A stretch of 62,786 bases of DNA, filler included, from Octopus bimaculoides (taxonomy: Eukaryota), in NCBI RefSeq assembly GCF_001194135.2. It is 6 parts of 6 records of this genome, joined end to end, with 100 filler letters (N's around TTAATTAATTAA, not from the genome) between each part and the next. Parts side by side here need not be neighbours in the genome. Positions count along the whole stretch, not along the records: positions 32,004 to 46,442 come from NC_068992.1; positions 46,543 to 53,094 come from NC_068982.1; 4 more parts are not named here. The stretch is one strand, 5' to 3'. This document shows, in pieces, positions 36,501 through 51,050 of the stretch (the first letter of the stretch is position 1; the number at the start of each line of letters is the position of its first letter). The notes beneath the pieces are model-generated. The model worked only from the letters and a program-made list of their open reading frames with translations, was not told where the DNA came from and did no database searches. The position numbers were made by a program, and so were the translations under genes.

Positions 36501-39500
36501 GAATAGTTTTGCAATTTATCATGTGGCAACCGGAAAGTAAGGTGTAGGACTTCAGTCTTCTGGCCGTCACGATTTTATATACAAAAAGAGTTTTTATCCA
36601 TCAGTTTATATTAGACAATTGAAATATTGCGTAAAGCCAGATTTCTAAAACTACACTCATTTGTCCCTATTGAACTTAGTTTCGACATATTGGGTTAATA
36701 TTTTGTAACAGTTGTCTGCGCTACCTTTACATGTCTAAAGTAGTGGTACTTATCAAGAATTCACACGTGTAATGAAGATGTTACAACATTTGCAAACATA
36801 TGTGTTGCTTTCACTGACATGTTTTTTTTCTAATTAGACGTCTAATTCAAACGAAGTAATCGGTTCGATTTCGGTGTTTAGCTTGTGGCGTCCCATGGGT
36901 AGTCTTACAGTTTCTTCAAACGGGATGAAACCGTGGCTATGTTGCATTTCCTCAGCATATGTTACTGCATTATCTGTATTTTCGAATGCGAACTGTTTCT
37001 GTCTATAACCATAAAGTACGGCTGGGTCTATTTTGGGATATTATTTCTTAAAAAACAGTGACCCAGTGGATGTTCACTTTTCAGTGAGTATTTTTTAGGT
37101 AGAAAAGTTTGAGGGTGTCAAGAAACACTGAAGTAGAAAATCATACGAACGGTTTTTGTGTGTTTTGAAATGGCTGATAAACATCTTCCACGCTGCAATT
37201 GTTTTGGTTTCAGCACACCATCTCAGATCAAGTTACTTGCCATGCAAGTATATCTCCGTAATATATATNNNNNNNNNNNNNNNNNNNNNNNNNNNNNNNN
37301 NNNNNNNNNNNNNNNNNNNNNNNNNNNNNNNNNNNNNNNNNNNNNNNNNNNNNNNNNNNNNNNNNNNNNNNNNNNNNNNNNNNNNNNNNNNNNNNNNNNN
37401 NNNNNNNNNNNNNNNNNNNNNNNATATATATATATATATACATATATACACACTTACGACAAGTTTCTTTCGGTTTCTGACTCCCAAATCTACTCGTAAG
37501 GCTTTGGTCGGTTTAGGCTATAGGAGAAGAAAACTGCCCAACCCACCATGGAATTGGGCTGAAACCAGAACCATGTGGTTGGGAAGGGATCTTCTTACTG
37601 CCGAGTCACACGTGCGCCTATATTGTCCACTATGTTTGCGCATGTTCACATAGTTGGATGAATATCATTCAGTTCATAAGAAATCAAAGTAGAAACGATT
37701 ATAGGAATACGATGTGAAGTTTTACGGATCGATTATCTCTATGCATAATCGCAATTTTGAGAAAAATTATTTGTTATATTAGCTGATATGTCATATGTGT
37801 AGAGGAAAAGAATTGTCTAAAGGAGTAACTTGACTCGACGAAATTACTATTAGTTATCGATAAAATGAATATAAAGTATAACCTGGATAGATGCAAAATT
37901 GGAAGCTATGAGAAAGGAATTGAATATGAACATACCCGTGACTTTTTTGTATCCAATTTAAAACTTTCCATCTATTTTATCATGTATATTCGATAATAAA
38001 ACTTGCTTACACCCGGTTAAGTCACTCCTCAATAAAATAATTCTAATTTTAGCGCAAAACCAGCAATTTTGAGGAGAGCGGGTAACTTCATTTCCTTGAC
38101 CGAATTACATTAGCGGTACTTATCTTAGCAATCTTAGAAGATGAAAGATAAGCAGATTTTCAGCTCAGAACGTAATGAGTCGGAAGAAATTCCGCAATTA
38201 TTGTTTTCCGACACCCAATCAATTCCGCTAGCTCAACAAAGATATTAACATGTAAATGAATGCATTTTAATTCAGAACGGACGCAGTCGTAGGTAATTCC
38301 ATATTAGAGTCGGTTTTATCGACTCTGATGAAGATGAAAATCCAGCAATGCGAACTCGATACGAAATGGATCGTAAATATACATTCTAATATAAAGGTAT
38401 GTTTTGTCTGGAGTTTTACTGTTTCTGTATATCACTCGCTATTGATATTGCAAATATGGAAGGAAAAACCAAACAAAGAAAGAGTTACATTCACACAAAA
38501 ATGCCTGAAAGATTTTAAAAATTCGTTTTGGACTTTCAATTCTAGTTTAAGTAGTTAATTTCTTTTTTCTCGTATACGTAGGAAAGGTCTCTATCTTGAT
38601 TCAATCCATTTGAACAGTTCTCGAATATAAAAGCCTTTTAATAGAATCCCATACGGTCAATTTTTGCTGAATTCAAAACTGATTGTGTGTTCATACCATC
38701 CACAGGTACCCTACACCTACTTCAATGGATTCAACAAGCTAAAGCAAATTGCCATCAGGCTGCTGTTAACTAGGAGAAATCCAAATCTCTTGCCAAAGTT
38801 TCCGTAGTTGACCTATAAATCATCTAATTAGTTCCCAACATTCATGATTCGCAGCCACCGTTGTTACTGTTATGTCGTTTAATCCCAGGCCTTCATGCTT
38901 CATACTGACCTAAGATGAACGACGTTCTAACTGCGAGCAAATCATCTATCCATTAGTATGTTCTGTGTAACGTATCTTTTTAGATAAAAAGGTGTAATTT
39001 GAAGTGATTTGGTTTCTAATTTTTAATATCACGCATTGCTTTTACGTTATTTAGTTTGCGCAGTTGATAGTCGAAGACAGTATCGATCCAGCCAATGCAA
39101 GGTTAGATTCAGATGTACTACATGATGCCTAAAATATTTGAAGGCATGGTTTCGAACAGCTATCAGTTTACAGAATGCTATGTTTCTCATTCCTCACAAG
39201 ATGCAAATTGGTGAGATGTTATTTGTGGATATTGTTTAATATTGCCTAAGACAACATTAATGTGTTTGTTCGTGTGATTTTGTATTTCGGTGAAAGAAAA
39301 GAGAATTCTGTGCATTTGACAATTACATATTTGTTAGACTCCGCTAGGTTAACACGATCTTGGTACCCTGTTGCGTTAACGAACAAGTTGCGTCACAAGA
39401 TTAAATTTAAATGTTTAACATGGAGCTAATTAACAAGAAACATGGAATGAACGTAGTTCTCACATGTGAACTATTAATAATTGATTCGAAAACTCGAATT

Positions 39501-42500
39501 GTTGATATAAAAATGTTGTAAATACAAATTATGTAAAGAAACCTTCTAAGAAGAGAACCATGTTGATTAGACGCCGAATTACTTAAGATGTTAATATTGA
39601 ATTTATATAATAATATTTCGGCATTATTCGTTGAATTTTCGAATAAAAGTATTTGTCTTCAATTTTCAAAACAAGATGGTTATGAATATTTGATAAATCT
39701 TCCTTTGTAAATATTTTCTGTTGAAAATATTTCAATACCCAACTGTTTTTTATTATATTTAATTCGGTTTCTATTGACTTATGTTATTATTTTCTTGTTT
39801 CTCTTTTCAATTTAACACATCCTGGCATATTAAGAATTCTCTATAACTCTCGACTAATACTTATGAAACTCATATATTAGGCATAAACTCTCAGATCACA
39901 ACTGGAAACTTTCGGTACAGTTTTGAAGAATAAATTCTGATCTTTGCACTGAAAAAAAAAAAAAGAATATAAATGTGGATGTCACCAAAAGCAGTGTTTT
40001 AAAGAAAGTAATTCGTAACGCACCTCTACGTTCAGAATTCAAATTTAGATCGGGGTCGACAGACTTTCATGCTTCAGCGGTCGATAAAATTTTCAGAATT
40101 TAAGATATATAGCCAATATATATATATAGTTGCAGCCTCACGCAGAATCTGTGTTGTTGAATCAGTATTAGAAATAAGGAAAACAATCAATTATGTCTTG
40201 CGTGTTAATTAATGTTTATACGTTACACCCTCGATGTTTGTTAAGACAACAGTCGTTTTGACAGACGTTTTAGATATTGCATGCTTGTATCATCAGAACG
40301 TGGGTAAACAAGTGGATATGACATCGAATTAGCCATAAGGTGAGAACAATCGCAATCTGTCGTTGGCACTGGTTTGTTTATTTGCTTAGGAAGTTTGCAG
40401 GTTCCACTGCATGAAACTCGCGAAAAGAAGTACACGAGATAAACAGTAAGAGTTCCGGAACAATGAGCGAATGCCTCAATAGACCCCACATTCAGCAACA
40501 AATAAAATTATATAAAATTAGTTATATGAAATATCTCTAAGTTAATTGAAATTAGATAGAACGGAAAACAAAGAACACTTTTGTGGTCAAAAATACTTTC
40601 TGTCAGATAGATGAGGTAGCCTGAAATATATACATTCTAATTCCTGTTCTAAACAGTTCTAAATAATGTGTCGGCGACAACAGCGCAGCCGCAGGGAAGA
40701 AAATAGAGTCGGTCGTTCTCATTGGTTAAAATATATCTTCTCTCCTTGTTCATACACGCTCACATACACATTATTATCTGTTTGTACGACAAATAGATGC
40801 ATTTGAACACCAGAGTAGCAAGAAGCTGACTCGATCAAAATAAAATATGTAGTTAAACTGTACTATGGCATTCGGTACTCTTTTTTTCGGCTATTAAAAA
40901 TAAACAGGAATATGTGTATGCATGTGTGTGTGTGTCTGTGATGTATACACACATATAGATACATACACACACCCTCATACATACATACATGCATACATAC
41001 ATGCATACATACATACATACATACGTACGTACATACATACATACACAGAGATATATATAATTACGCGTGCATACAATACACGTGTTTTAAAAGTCATATT
41101 TTTGTTTATTCTCTCTTCTTCCATGGTTCATTTACGTCATCCATTTGTTATTTGTAATAATATTTCATCTCTAGCAAACTAAAATATCCATGTACATTTT
41201 TTGATTTCAGCAGGTTGTATTAAAAAAATGTTATGTTTTATATTATGTTCCATGTCTTTTTTATATTGTATAATATAGTTTTTTCTAACATTAATATAAA
41301 TGTCCAATTTTGAATGAGAAATTGGTGAATAATATTGAGCGTTGGTGAATAAAATTTGTTCCAGTAGCCGACCCGACTGAAGCATTTTCCCCGGTATTCT
41401 AAATCTTCTGGCACTTACCTCTATGTTTGATATTATTTTTTGATGGCTCTATATTTTCTTTTTAGGCAAGTTTTACTTTACCTGAGATTCTAGTTATCAA
41501 TCTGTCGACTACCTTCTTTTAGTCTATACTAGAGCATCTTTGCATCTCATTTGTATAAACATAAAATTGGAAGATTGCGGAAGACCATAGTATGCTCCAT
41601 CAATATCTTAGAATTTTGCAACGATCTCCAGGAAGACACAACAATAGGGAAAGCCGAGAAAGTGGTGAAAACGTAGTTAGAAGCCTGTATTTAATTAAAC
41701 GAAGGCTAATAATTTGAGAGACAAGAGAATGAGAAAGATGATGATTCATGTCTCGAAATAAATAAATTTTAGGCGTAAATTGTGAATATAAGACGCGTAT
41801 ACACCGAAAGCAATAATTATCACAGATAAAGATGCCCGTACACCTTACAACAGTACCAAATAAAACTGTTTCAATTTTTATACATTACTTTTAATTTTGA
41901 ATAAACCGAGTGAAAGAGGGAAATATAGAGCAATAAAAATTAAAGTGTAAGACAATACTATCCTCACATAAAACTATATGCATTCACTTGGTTGTCTATA
42001 TCGCACAAAATTTTCTTTCAGATACTGTCATAATTCTGTGATGTTAACATCCATTTAGTACCTTGCCAACCATGATATGACAAATCCAAAACTCGTACAC
42101 AAATAAAATATGTAGGTGATAAATATTAGTGAAATTTCGTATAACCTCAGACAAGTAATTACTGGTATCAATGATTCTATGTTGCGTAATCGTAACACTA
42201 AATTATTGTTTTACAAAAGTAGGTGGTCGCCTTAATATCTCTAGTGTAGATAAGTAACCAGCTAAGATGACCATAGTATTTCCAAAAGTGATTTGATAAA
42301 ATTACATATTAAATGGTAGGAATTTATGCTGCTCGAATCAATAATAAGTTTGCAAAGTAAAATGCGTTTCTTTGTCGAAGTAGAAATGTCCTGGATGTTA
42401 ACCCTTTGCCTCCCCAAAGCTTTTTCATAAGTTTCTGTTAAACGTCAAAGTTTTAGTTAGCCTTTGCTTCAATCGTTCTGAGTAATATAAAACTAGTCTT

Positions 42501-43706
42501 TCATAAGCCCCAAGTCACTCTAGTGGTCAGAAAAGGTTGGAAGTATGAATCATATCTGATACACGGACGCCTGGAAAATATGTCCTGTGCATCACATGAT
42601 GTAGACAGGACGGAAAATATATAAAAAAACAATAAACCTCGGAAATGCAAATTCCATATATTTCACATATGTGAAAATCGTGTGGAATTGGGAAATACTC
42701 TGAGAAGGGAATCAAAACGGTGTTGGGTTTTCAGCGTCCAGTATCGTTAACTTCTTTTGCCACAACGCTCAAAAGGTTTGAAGAAAAAATAAGTTATTCT
42801 TATAGCTGAGCTAGTCAAGGTGTTGCGGAAAACTAAATTATAATCGAAAGTATATAATTCATTGCGTGTAATCCTGCTTAGGTTATTGACCTCATGGTGG
42901 CAAAAGACAAAGTTAAGCCAGCATTAGAATGAACAGCTTCTGCATGCAATATTAATATTCGTAAGATCAAATTATATATACTTTATTGCAAAGGTTCACA
43001 TATATCTATTCAATTATAAATGAAACTTAGGAATACAGCTACAACTAATTTTATTCTAGAGCAATACTCTAGTAATTATAATTGTCTTTAAAGTTAATCA
43101 CCTTCCGAGAGTAACTCTAAAATCTCCATCTCGTATTTCATCCTTGAAATATCTCACATTTAGTTAACCAAACGTCAATTAATCCTGGCACATGACAGTT
43201 TCTTTCGGTATTGTTCCTTATTCATAACATTAATTCTCAGCGTGACTCTTTATTGAGATATGTTAAATTAGCAATTCGAGTAAACGGTATCATAATTAAA
43301 TAAGGCTTAGTGTAGAGGATCAAATTGCTTATATAATTCTCGACGAAGCTTTAGTTAACAGAACTATGGAGTCGTTTAGTCAGTATTGTCTTGGATATTT
43401 CATTAGACAGGACTCAAAATTTTATCATACAAATGCAATGTAATAATCTTTATGATAACTTTATTTCTCTTCACTGCTACAAGTTTATTTCTATCTATAG
43501 AAGTTATCACGTATATCGAGTATTGGATTAGTTCTTACCAATTACATGCAACATATGCATATATGTATGTATGTGAATATACACACATGCATACATATAT
43601 GCATATATATAGAGAGACGTATATGTTTGTGTGTAAATAATATATATATATATATATCCATATGCATACATACACACACAAGCACACACGAACACACAAA
43701 CACACG

Positions 43707-43726
<20 letters not shown>

Positions 43727-43791
<65 letters not shown>
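43727..43791. repeat. (CA)n microsatellite, representative of dozens of (TA)n/(CA)n/(ATT)n/(CAT)n/(TCTA)n tracts (e.g. 14030-15350 region, 61981-62070, 60638-60719)
   Basis: Directly visible perfect dinucleotide run. Confidence 0.97.
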
Positions 43792-43793
<2 letters not shown>

Positions 43794-46542
43794 TTATATA
43801 GTGTGTGTACTTGTATATATGTATTTACTCTGCGTAATAGAATGCCTAAAGTCGTCGCTGATCGAGAATCTCCACCAACTTCATTCTACACACAACTCCA
43901 TCGACTTTCCTCCACCCTACTGGTAAGACCATCGCGTTAGCCATATATATATATATATATATATCTTTCCTTCCCTCTTCCTTTCTTTCGGTTTTCTTCA
44001 AAATAGCGAGGACGTTTTCTTCTCATCTGATGTCCAATGAACCTAGCCTGCTCTGACTCCTTATTTTGTTAAGAAGTTTTCTGATGATATGTATATATGA
44101 ATAGATAGATAGAGAGAGATATGTATGTTTCTAGTTTTGGCACAAGGCCAGCAATATCAGGAGAAAGGTCGGTCGACTCCATCGACCCCAGTGCTTAACT
44201 GGTTCTTCCTATACCGACGCTGAAACAAAAACAAAAAAAACGCAAATTTCACCTCGGGGGAATTTAAACTCCATAAAGACAGACAAAGTGTAACCAAGTA
44301 TTTTAGCCGGCGTGTCAGCTCGTTTTATATATGTGTGTATGTGTGTGTGTGTGTGTGTGTATTGATAGATAGATATATATGAGTTTGTACTGATATGCGT
44401 GTGTGTGCGTACGTGCGTGTGTGTGTGTAATGAATATTACTGTTGATGTTTTGCTTTCCTGTTTATCTAGTAGTTGTTATATATAGTGTATCGTCATTTC
44501 AATTTCCTGCATGTGCAAAACACATCACGCACTAGTTTCTCATACTGTCCTACTTAATTATCAATTTTTATTCCTGCTATTTGGCGCCAATATGTTCCTG
44601 AATAATTCTAAAAGTCTTATCATGTATTACGTTAATAATGTCTTCCGGCCTTACTGTTTCAAAGATATTATGCATTCTACGAAACATTGGTACAAACAAA
44701 GTAGTACATACTTTGTAGTTTCAACGACACATCTCATAATACACATATTACTTGTTCTCTTCTTCAATAAATCCCCTCTGTATTACTTAGAGTTGGTTCT
44801 ATTTCAGGATATAAACATCAGGGCTTCCAACGGGAATTCTTGTATTGCGGCGTCTAAGGCTGGCAACCACGTATTGCTCAAGTGATTGATGCATGGAATG
44901 AGTAAGACGTTTTTTTCTTGGACTCTAATGCTTCGTATCTCATTATGGATAGAGCGGTGATTTTGTCAATTCTAGACACCTCTCGTATAAGAAATATCAT
45001 AGTAAGAATGTTATTTTGGCAACTGCTTTCCAGTATTTGACATCTTCTAATTTGTGTCTGACGTCCATCTTTAAGTTTGTTGTCTGGAATTTCTTTTCAA
45101 CCTGAGACATAGCTGAGACGCAAGGCATCAAATCTTCGGAAAAGTGATCACCTCATTCATGACATCGTAAATGGGTAAATGGTGACAAATTGAAATATAA
45201 GTCGAACGATTAATCAAGTGATCGATTAGGTAACTGGTTAATTAATTAGCATGTTGACTAATGAAAGTTACAGGAAACGAGAGCGTGTCATTCTTACAGA
45301 CAAACGACATTCCCAAGATAAAACATCAGTTTCAAGTCACGATGTTCAATCAAGACCTTGCAAAAGATACCAGAATATATGTGCATGAGTGTATATATAT
45401 TGTGTCTGTGTGTGTGTGAGTGTGTGCGTATATGCGCTTGTAATTATTTGTAGGTATAAACATATATACTGACTTAAATATATATTGTAGTCGACAACCA
45501 GGTCTCCAGCATAGATTTTATTATAACAGATACATATGCTTGACAGGGTTTCTGCTCTAGGCTCCCGGCTCAGCATAAAGCCCAGTAATTACACACAAAC
45601 ACATATATACAAACACGCGTGCCTGTAACATATATATATATATGTGTATACATACATATATATGCACACACAAACACACGCACACACACACAAACACACA
45701 AACACACAAACACATACACACACACACTCACACATATATACATATATATATATATANNNNNNNNNNNNNNNNNNNNNNNNNNNNNNNNNNNNNNNNNNNN
45801 NNNNNNNNNNNNNNNNNNNNNNNNNNNNNNNNNNNNNNNNNNNNNNNNNNNNNNNNNNNNNNNNNNNNNNNNNNNNNNNNNNNNNNNNNNNNNNNNNNNN
45901 NNNNNNNNNNNNNNNNNNNNNNNNNNNNNNNNNNNNNNNNNNNNNNNNNNNNNNNNNNNNNNNNNNNNNNNNNNNNNNNNNNNNNNNNNNNNNNNNNTAT
46001 ATATATAGGGCACGCAGGGCTGTAAACATGATTGCAACACATTTCCAATTTCAATTGGATAAAAAAAAATACTTGACAGGAAAACACTAAGCAGAATAGA
46101 AAGTTAATTAAAAAAATAACTATGAGATTCTAGACACGTATTATAGGAAGAAGTAGGAATTCTTCCTGATTGATTCAATATAAATTAATGTGCAATCAAT
46201 AGGAAGTGTGAGTAGCATGTAGGGAGGATCGGATTAACCTCATATCAACAATAATGACGTTCAAGTTTGTCTGATGCATATATGTATATGAATATGTACA
46301 GTATATATGTGTGATTGTATTTGTGTGTGTACGCGCGCGTGTGTAATGCATATGTGTATGCGTAAATATATGTTTAAAACTCTTCAGGTATAATAAAGAA
46401 CGATGAAGTTAAGCAGCACCATTAGTGGCCTATATATATATANNNNNNNNNNNNNNNNNNNNNNNNNNNNNNNNNNNNNNNNNNNNTTAATTAATTAANN
46501 NNNNNNNNNNNNNNNNNNNNNNNNNNNNNNNNNNNNNNNNNN

Positions 46543-46601
<59 letters not shown>

Positions 46602-47261
46602 CATACATACATACATTCATACATACATATGCACATAATACTATATTCATATACGCATATACATATATGTACGCATGCATGTAATGTAACTATATTGATA
46701 CACAGGTAAACATATATACATACACATACACACACGCCTACATACATATATTGATACGTGGGTAAACGTATAAATATTTACACATACGTATCATGATGCA
46801 CACTTATGCATATATACATATGCATAAATCCATAGATATACAGGTATATATACACACATACACACAGTAGCAAAAATATAGACTATGAACATTTTTCGAA
46901 AATATACATGACAATTTAAAAAGAGGAAAAAAATAATATAGTCATAAGGCATATAAGGTGTGAGTGTGTGAGTGTGTGCGTGTGTGTATTTGTGTGTGCA
47001 TATGTGCGCATGCGTGCTCATGTGTACATATACATGTATATGTATGCATGTATGGAAATATAGATATGTATGGGTGTATATTACATATATAGTAACACAA
47101 ATGTACGTGGGTGTTGTACACGCACATACTGAGTGTGGGGTATCTTCGTGCAATATACACGAGGTTTCTACTTTCAATATACGAAATATATCTAAACGTA
47201 TGTGCGTATATATGCGTGTATTTATGTATGTGTCTGTATATGTTTACGTCTATGTACCTAT

Positions 47262-47328
<67 letters not shown>

Positions 47329-49379
47329 TACATACATACATACAAATATACATATGTAAATACGTACGGGGGTTGTATATGTGTATCTGAAAGAGAAATA
47401 TATTTAGATGGTGATAAATACATACATACGTATGTATGTACATATATACATATGAACATACTAAATGTATATATATACATTTAGTAACACACAACATATA
47501 CAAATATATATAGACGCTTACAAACAGACAATCAGAGGTACACTGACACACTTATAAAATGAGATACGGCTACAAATATAAGACATAATTATTTTAATAA
47601 ACCGACGAAAAAATCATAACAGATCATCAAATGACGGGGAGGAAAAGATTTAATTAAAAATTTCTCTCGTCTGTTTACAAAGTGTTTAAATTACAAATTA
47701 CCGATCTGTGCCATCTCCAGGAATGATGAGAACCGAGTGGCCGAGTGGAGAAGCTAGTGAGCTATTTGATTGTGAGTTCATTTTTTTTTCTCTGACTTCC
47801 ATGGCAACACTTACGTCATAATAACAATTCTAAAATAAACTAAGTTAGGATTTTTGCTTTGGAAGAAAATGTGAGGTTGCGTGATTTTTTTCTACGAAGC
47901 ATTGACTTGAATTATGTGAGAAAGCCGTTCACTTCATTTCCAGTCAACCACCAAATTCTATTTCGACCGATACCAGCCATAGAGGCGTACCGCTAAATCA
48001 GAAGTGAGAAACCCACGTTACTTTGAGATTTAATTTACTGGGACTTCCCTATTTGTGTTTTTGTGTAAGAAGGAAAGCCTGGGCGAAAGAATGAGGTGTA
48101 TATAATGGATTTTATAAATTGTTTCGTACCAACATTTCCTCCCTACACCTCTAGATAAAGAATACCTCACTAGTTGAATAAGACGACAGGCGAAATTTGA
48201 AGTCCCAGTCACATCTTCACAACAATTTTTGACTCAACTCTCAGTATAGAGTCAGAAAGTCAGTACATGGGCCATTGATTTATTAAAATTGTTTTATAAT
48301 AATATTATGTGTGTGTACTCGTGAGTATGCATCCGTATGTGTGCACGCCTATGTGTGCGCGCGTGTGTGTATGCATGTGTGTATATGTATGTATGTATTT
48401 GTATGTGTATGTGTTTAAGCCTGAAGACCAAAACAGAAAATTAATATAAGTCCAAACATTTGAATGTTCAAATTTTTAAATTTGTACCTATATTACTTGT
48501 ATTACATATTACATATCTTTTTTATCTGCAGACACGGCGCAATACATTTCTTATGTTCTTCACTCCAGTTTCTAAATTGTTCCTCACTTTTTTGAATGGT
48601 CATTCACAATAGAAACCAAACTGTCCTCATACCTTACCATCTACAAAGGTTACATCAGATAATGAAAATAAACGAGGTGAATCATTCACGATAAACCTAC
48701 TCAGTCAGAATTGACCTGGGATTAAATAACTACAGCCTTCATTTACAACCAACCAGCGCCTTTATTCAGTCAAACTACTCAACCCAACATGATAGATCAT
48801 TTCTCTTTTCAAAGTACGCATCAACGAGTCTATTGATTACTGTTTTTACGATGTAAACCAATATGTTTCTTCTTACTCTAGTTTTCAGTAAATCGTTTTC
48901 ATTTATTGTTTATTGTTTTAGTTCAACCTCAGCTCAAAAGCCCTCAATTGACTTAAACCGTCTAAGATAATGGTTGCTGATGTATTAATACATAACGCAC
49001 ATCATTATATTTTGGTTGCCTGCTACGAGGGATTACCATACCAGACCATTTATTTCTTATTAGTTTCGTATGAAATTTGTTGTTCTTAAAATTCTGTGAA
49101 CCCACTGGTTCGTTGAGGAATCAATAACGTCATGGCTGTTACATCACCATCATGTCATTCATGTTTCACTATTAAATTGAACGTTTTGTGGAGTGAGTTG
49201 ATAGGCAACAAGGAGGTATATTAGTTTGACGCTCAGGAAAGTGAGAAATTCATTTACGTTTCGAGACTACGCTCTTCAACTGAAAAGAATAAGAGAAAAT
49301 AAACAGAGAGAGAGTAAAAAAAACTTGTGGATTTATCGATCAAGAATGGCGGCCGGTTATATATATATATATAAATATA

Positions 49380-49416
<37 letters not shown>

Positions 49417-49532
49417 CACCTTAGGCATAGTGAGACTAATGGTCCAGAACACAATGTTAGATGAGTATAGAGTGATAACAGGAACAAAAAGATGACATCA
49501 AATAAAACAAAGACTATCTAATGAACTTCATT

Positions 49533-49613
49533 AGCTTACAGCTGTTTCTGCTATGAGATGTGGTAGACTCTTAGTTGAATCCCTAAGTACCATCCTATAG
49601 CTTCATCAGAGCC
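49533..49613 (-). ncRNA. Type I hammerhead ribozyme motif, extended stem II
   Basis: Reverse strand reads GGCU-CUGAUGA-A-GCUAUAGGAUG...CAUCUCAUAGC-A-GAAA-C-AGCU-GUA-AGCU. Both core boxes are intact, with a GUA cleavage triplet, 4-bp stem I, 10 of 11 pairs at the base of stem II and a palindromic ACAGCUGU stem III. Confidence 0.7.
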
Positions 49614-50294
49614 TTGAATATGAAGTGCAGTTTGTTTTGGAAAAGTACATTTTCAGAACAAACAGACTTTAGGAGTGAGAAAGTTAATGTTGATGGGCAT
49701 GGAAAGATCTGTCCAAATGTAGGAAAACGAAAAAAGAAAATATATACTTGCACTTTTACCAGAGTGAAATAAAAAAATAAAAAAAACTTACGCAGATATA
49801 GTCAAGCAGAGAGAGCAGAGATACAAGAGTTGACGCGCACCACGCATATACATGCGCGCGCATGCATAAATATGCATGTATGTATAAGTATATACATATA
49901 TGTATGTATATGTATATATATGTATATGTATATATGTATATGTGTATATATATAAAAGCTAATGTGAAGATATAATTAACCTCTTGAAGGGATGATTACA
50001 TTCAAGATTACACTAGTTTTATACCTTATATTATTGGGAAAAAAATTTCCCTAAAATAAATAGGCATATATTAAGCATATAATCTATATTCAATTAAGAG
50101 AAGAAAATGGAAAGTTAATGGTTAATAATTGATTTATTAACTTATTAATAATCATTCTTATTATTGTTTCAATTTATACTCAATAAATTACAGATTTATG
50201 CAATAAATTAGCGTTTGTAAGTTCTGGGCAATATAACATCAGGGAAATATTGGACATTAAATTGGACATGGCGGACAATTTGTTCTGTCCAGCA

Positions 50295-50341
<47 letters not shown>

Positions 50342-50811
50342 TGCGCGTGTATATGTTTGTGTGTCCNNNNNNNNNNNNNNNNNNNNNNNNNNNNNNNNNN
50401 NNNNNNNNNNNNNNNNNNNNNNNNNNNNNNNNNNNNNNNNNNNNNNNNNNNNNNNNNNNNNNNNNNNNNNNNNNNNNNNNNNAGTATCGCTTGACAACCG
50501 ATGCTGGCGTGTTTACGTCCCTGTAACTTAACGGTTCGGCTAAGAGACCGATAGAATAGGTACTAAGCTTACAAAGAATGGGGTCGATTTGCTCGACTAA
50601 AGGCGGTGCTCCAGTATGGCCACAGTCAAATGACTGATACAAGTAAAAGAGTAAAGAGTATATATATATACAGATACAGGGTAAAAATTAATAATTAATT
50701 AATAATCAGTAATTGTACCAAGTAGATCGGTGTGTTAAAAAACCATTATCGGTAAATTTATATAGACAAAATTAAAATTTGAACCCTAAATTTTGATTTT
50801 ATAATTTTTCA

Positions 50812-51050
50812 CTTTGTTTTATGATTGGCAAATTTGTTTTGATGATGTTCAAAATATTTTGGTGTTGCAGATTGTGTGTAACTAGAAATAGTATTGTATT
50901 TCTTTGATGGGTTCGTCTTTTTTTTTTCCTTGTGTTCTATAGGTATCTCTTTTGCTCGTTGTATGCTATTTTCTAAAAGTAGGAGAGGGTAATTTTGCTT
51001 GAACAGAAATCCTTTGACTTCTATAAGTCGTGTTTTTCTGGTATGTATAT
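50812..51050 (-). mobile_element. Penelope-like element ORF fragment (RT thumb/linker)
   Basis: RLIEVKGFLFKQNYPLLLLENSIQRAKEIP..KKYNTISSYTQ resembles the PLE motif LxxxFxxxNYPxxxIxxxIxRAxxxxR...IPFVxTY. Confidence 0.6.

Noticed and set aside
35508-37030. Minus-strand open stretches with good donors (..RNYKPY|GTAAGT at about 35514; ..HGFIPFEET|GTAAGA at about 36910; Q-rich piece at about 35770-35845)
   Set aside because: No recognisable homology, weak acceptors and incompatible phases. A tblastx or RNA-seq check could revive them.
38325-38385. CTGATGA...GAAA...GTA as another hammerhead (also 40250-40300, minus strand)
   Set aside because: Stems I and II cannot be paired, and the 40.3-kb site lacks GAAA.
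44511-45110. 124-aa + ORF and several 40-70-codon minus-strand frames in a repeat-free patch
   Set aside because: No motif recognised, and the frames are broken by stops. Cannot be supported without a search.
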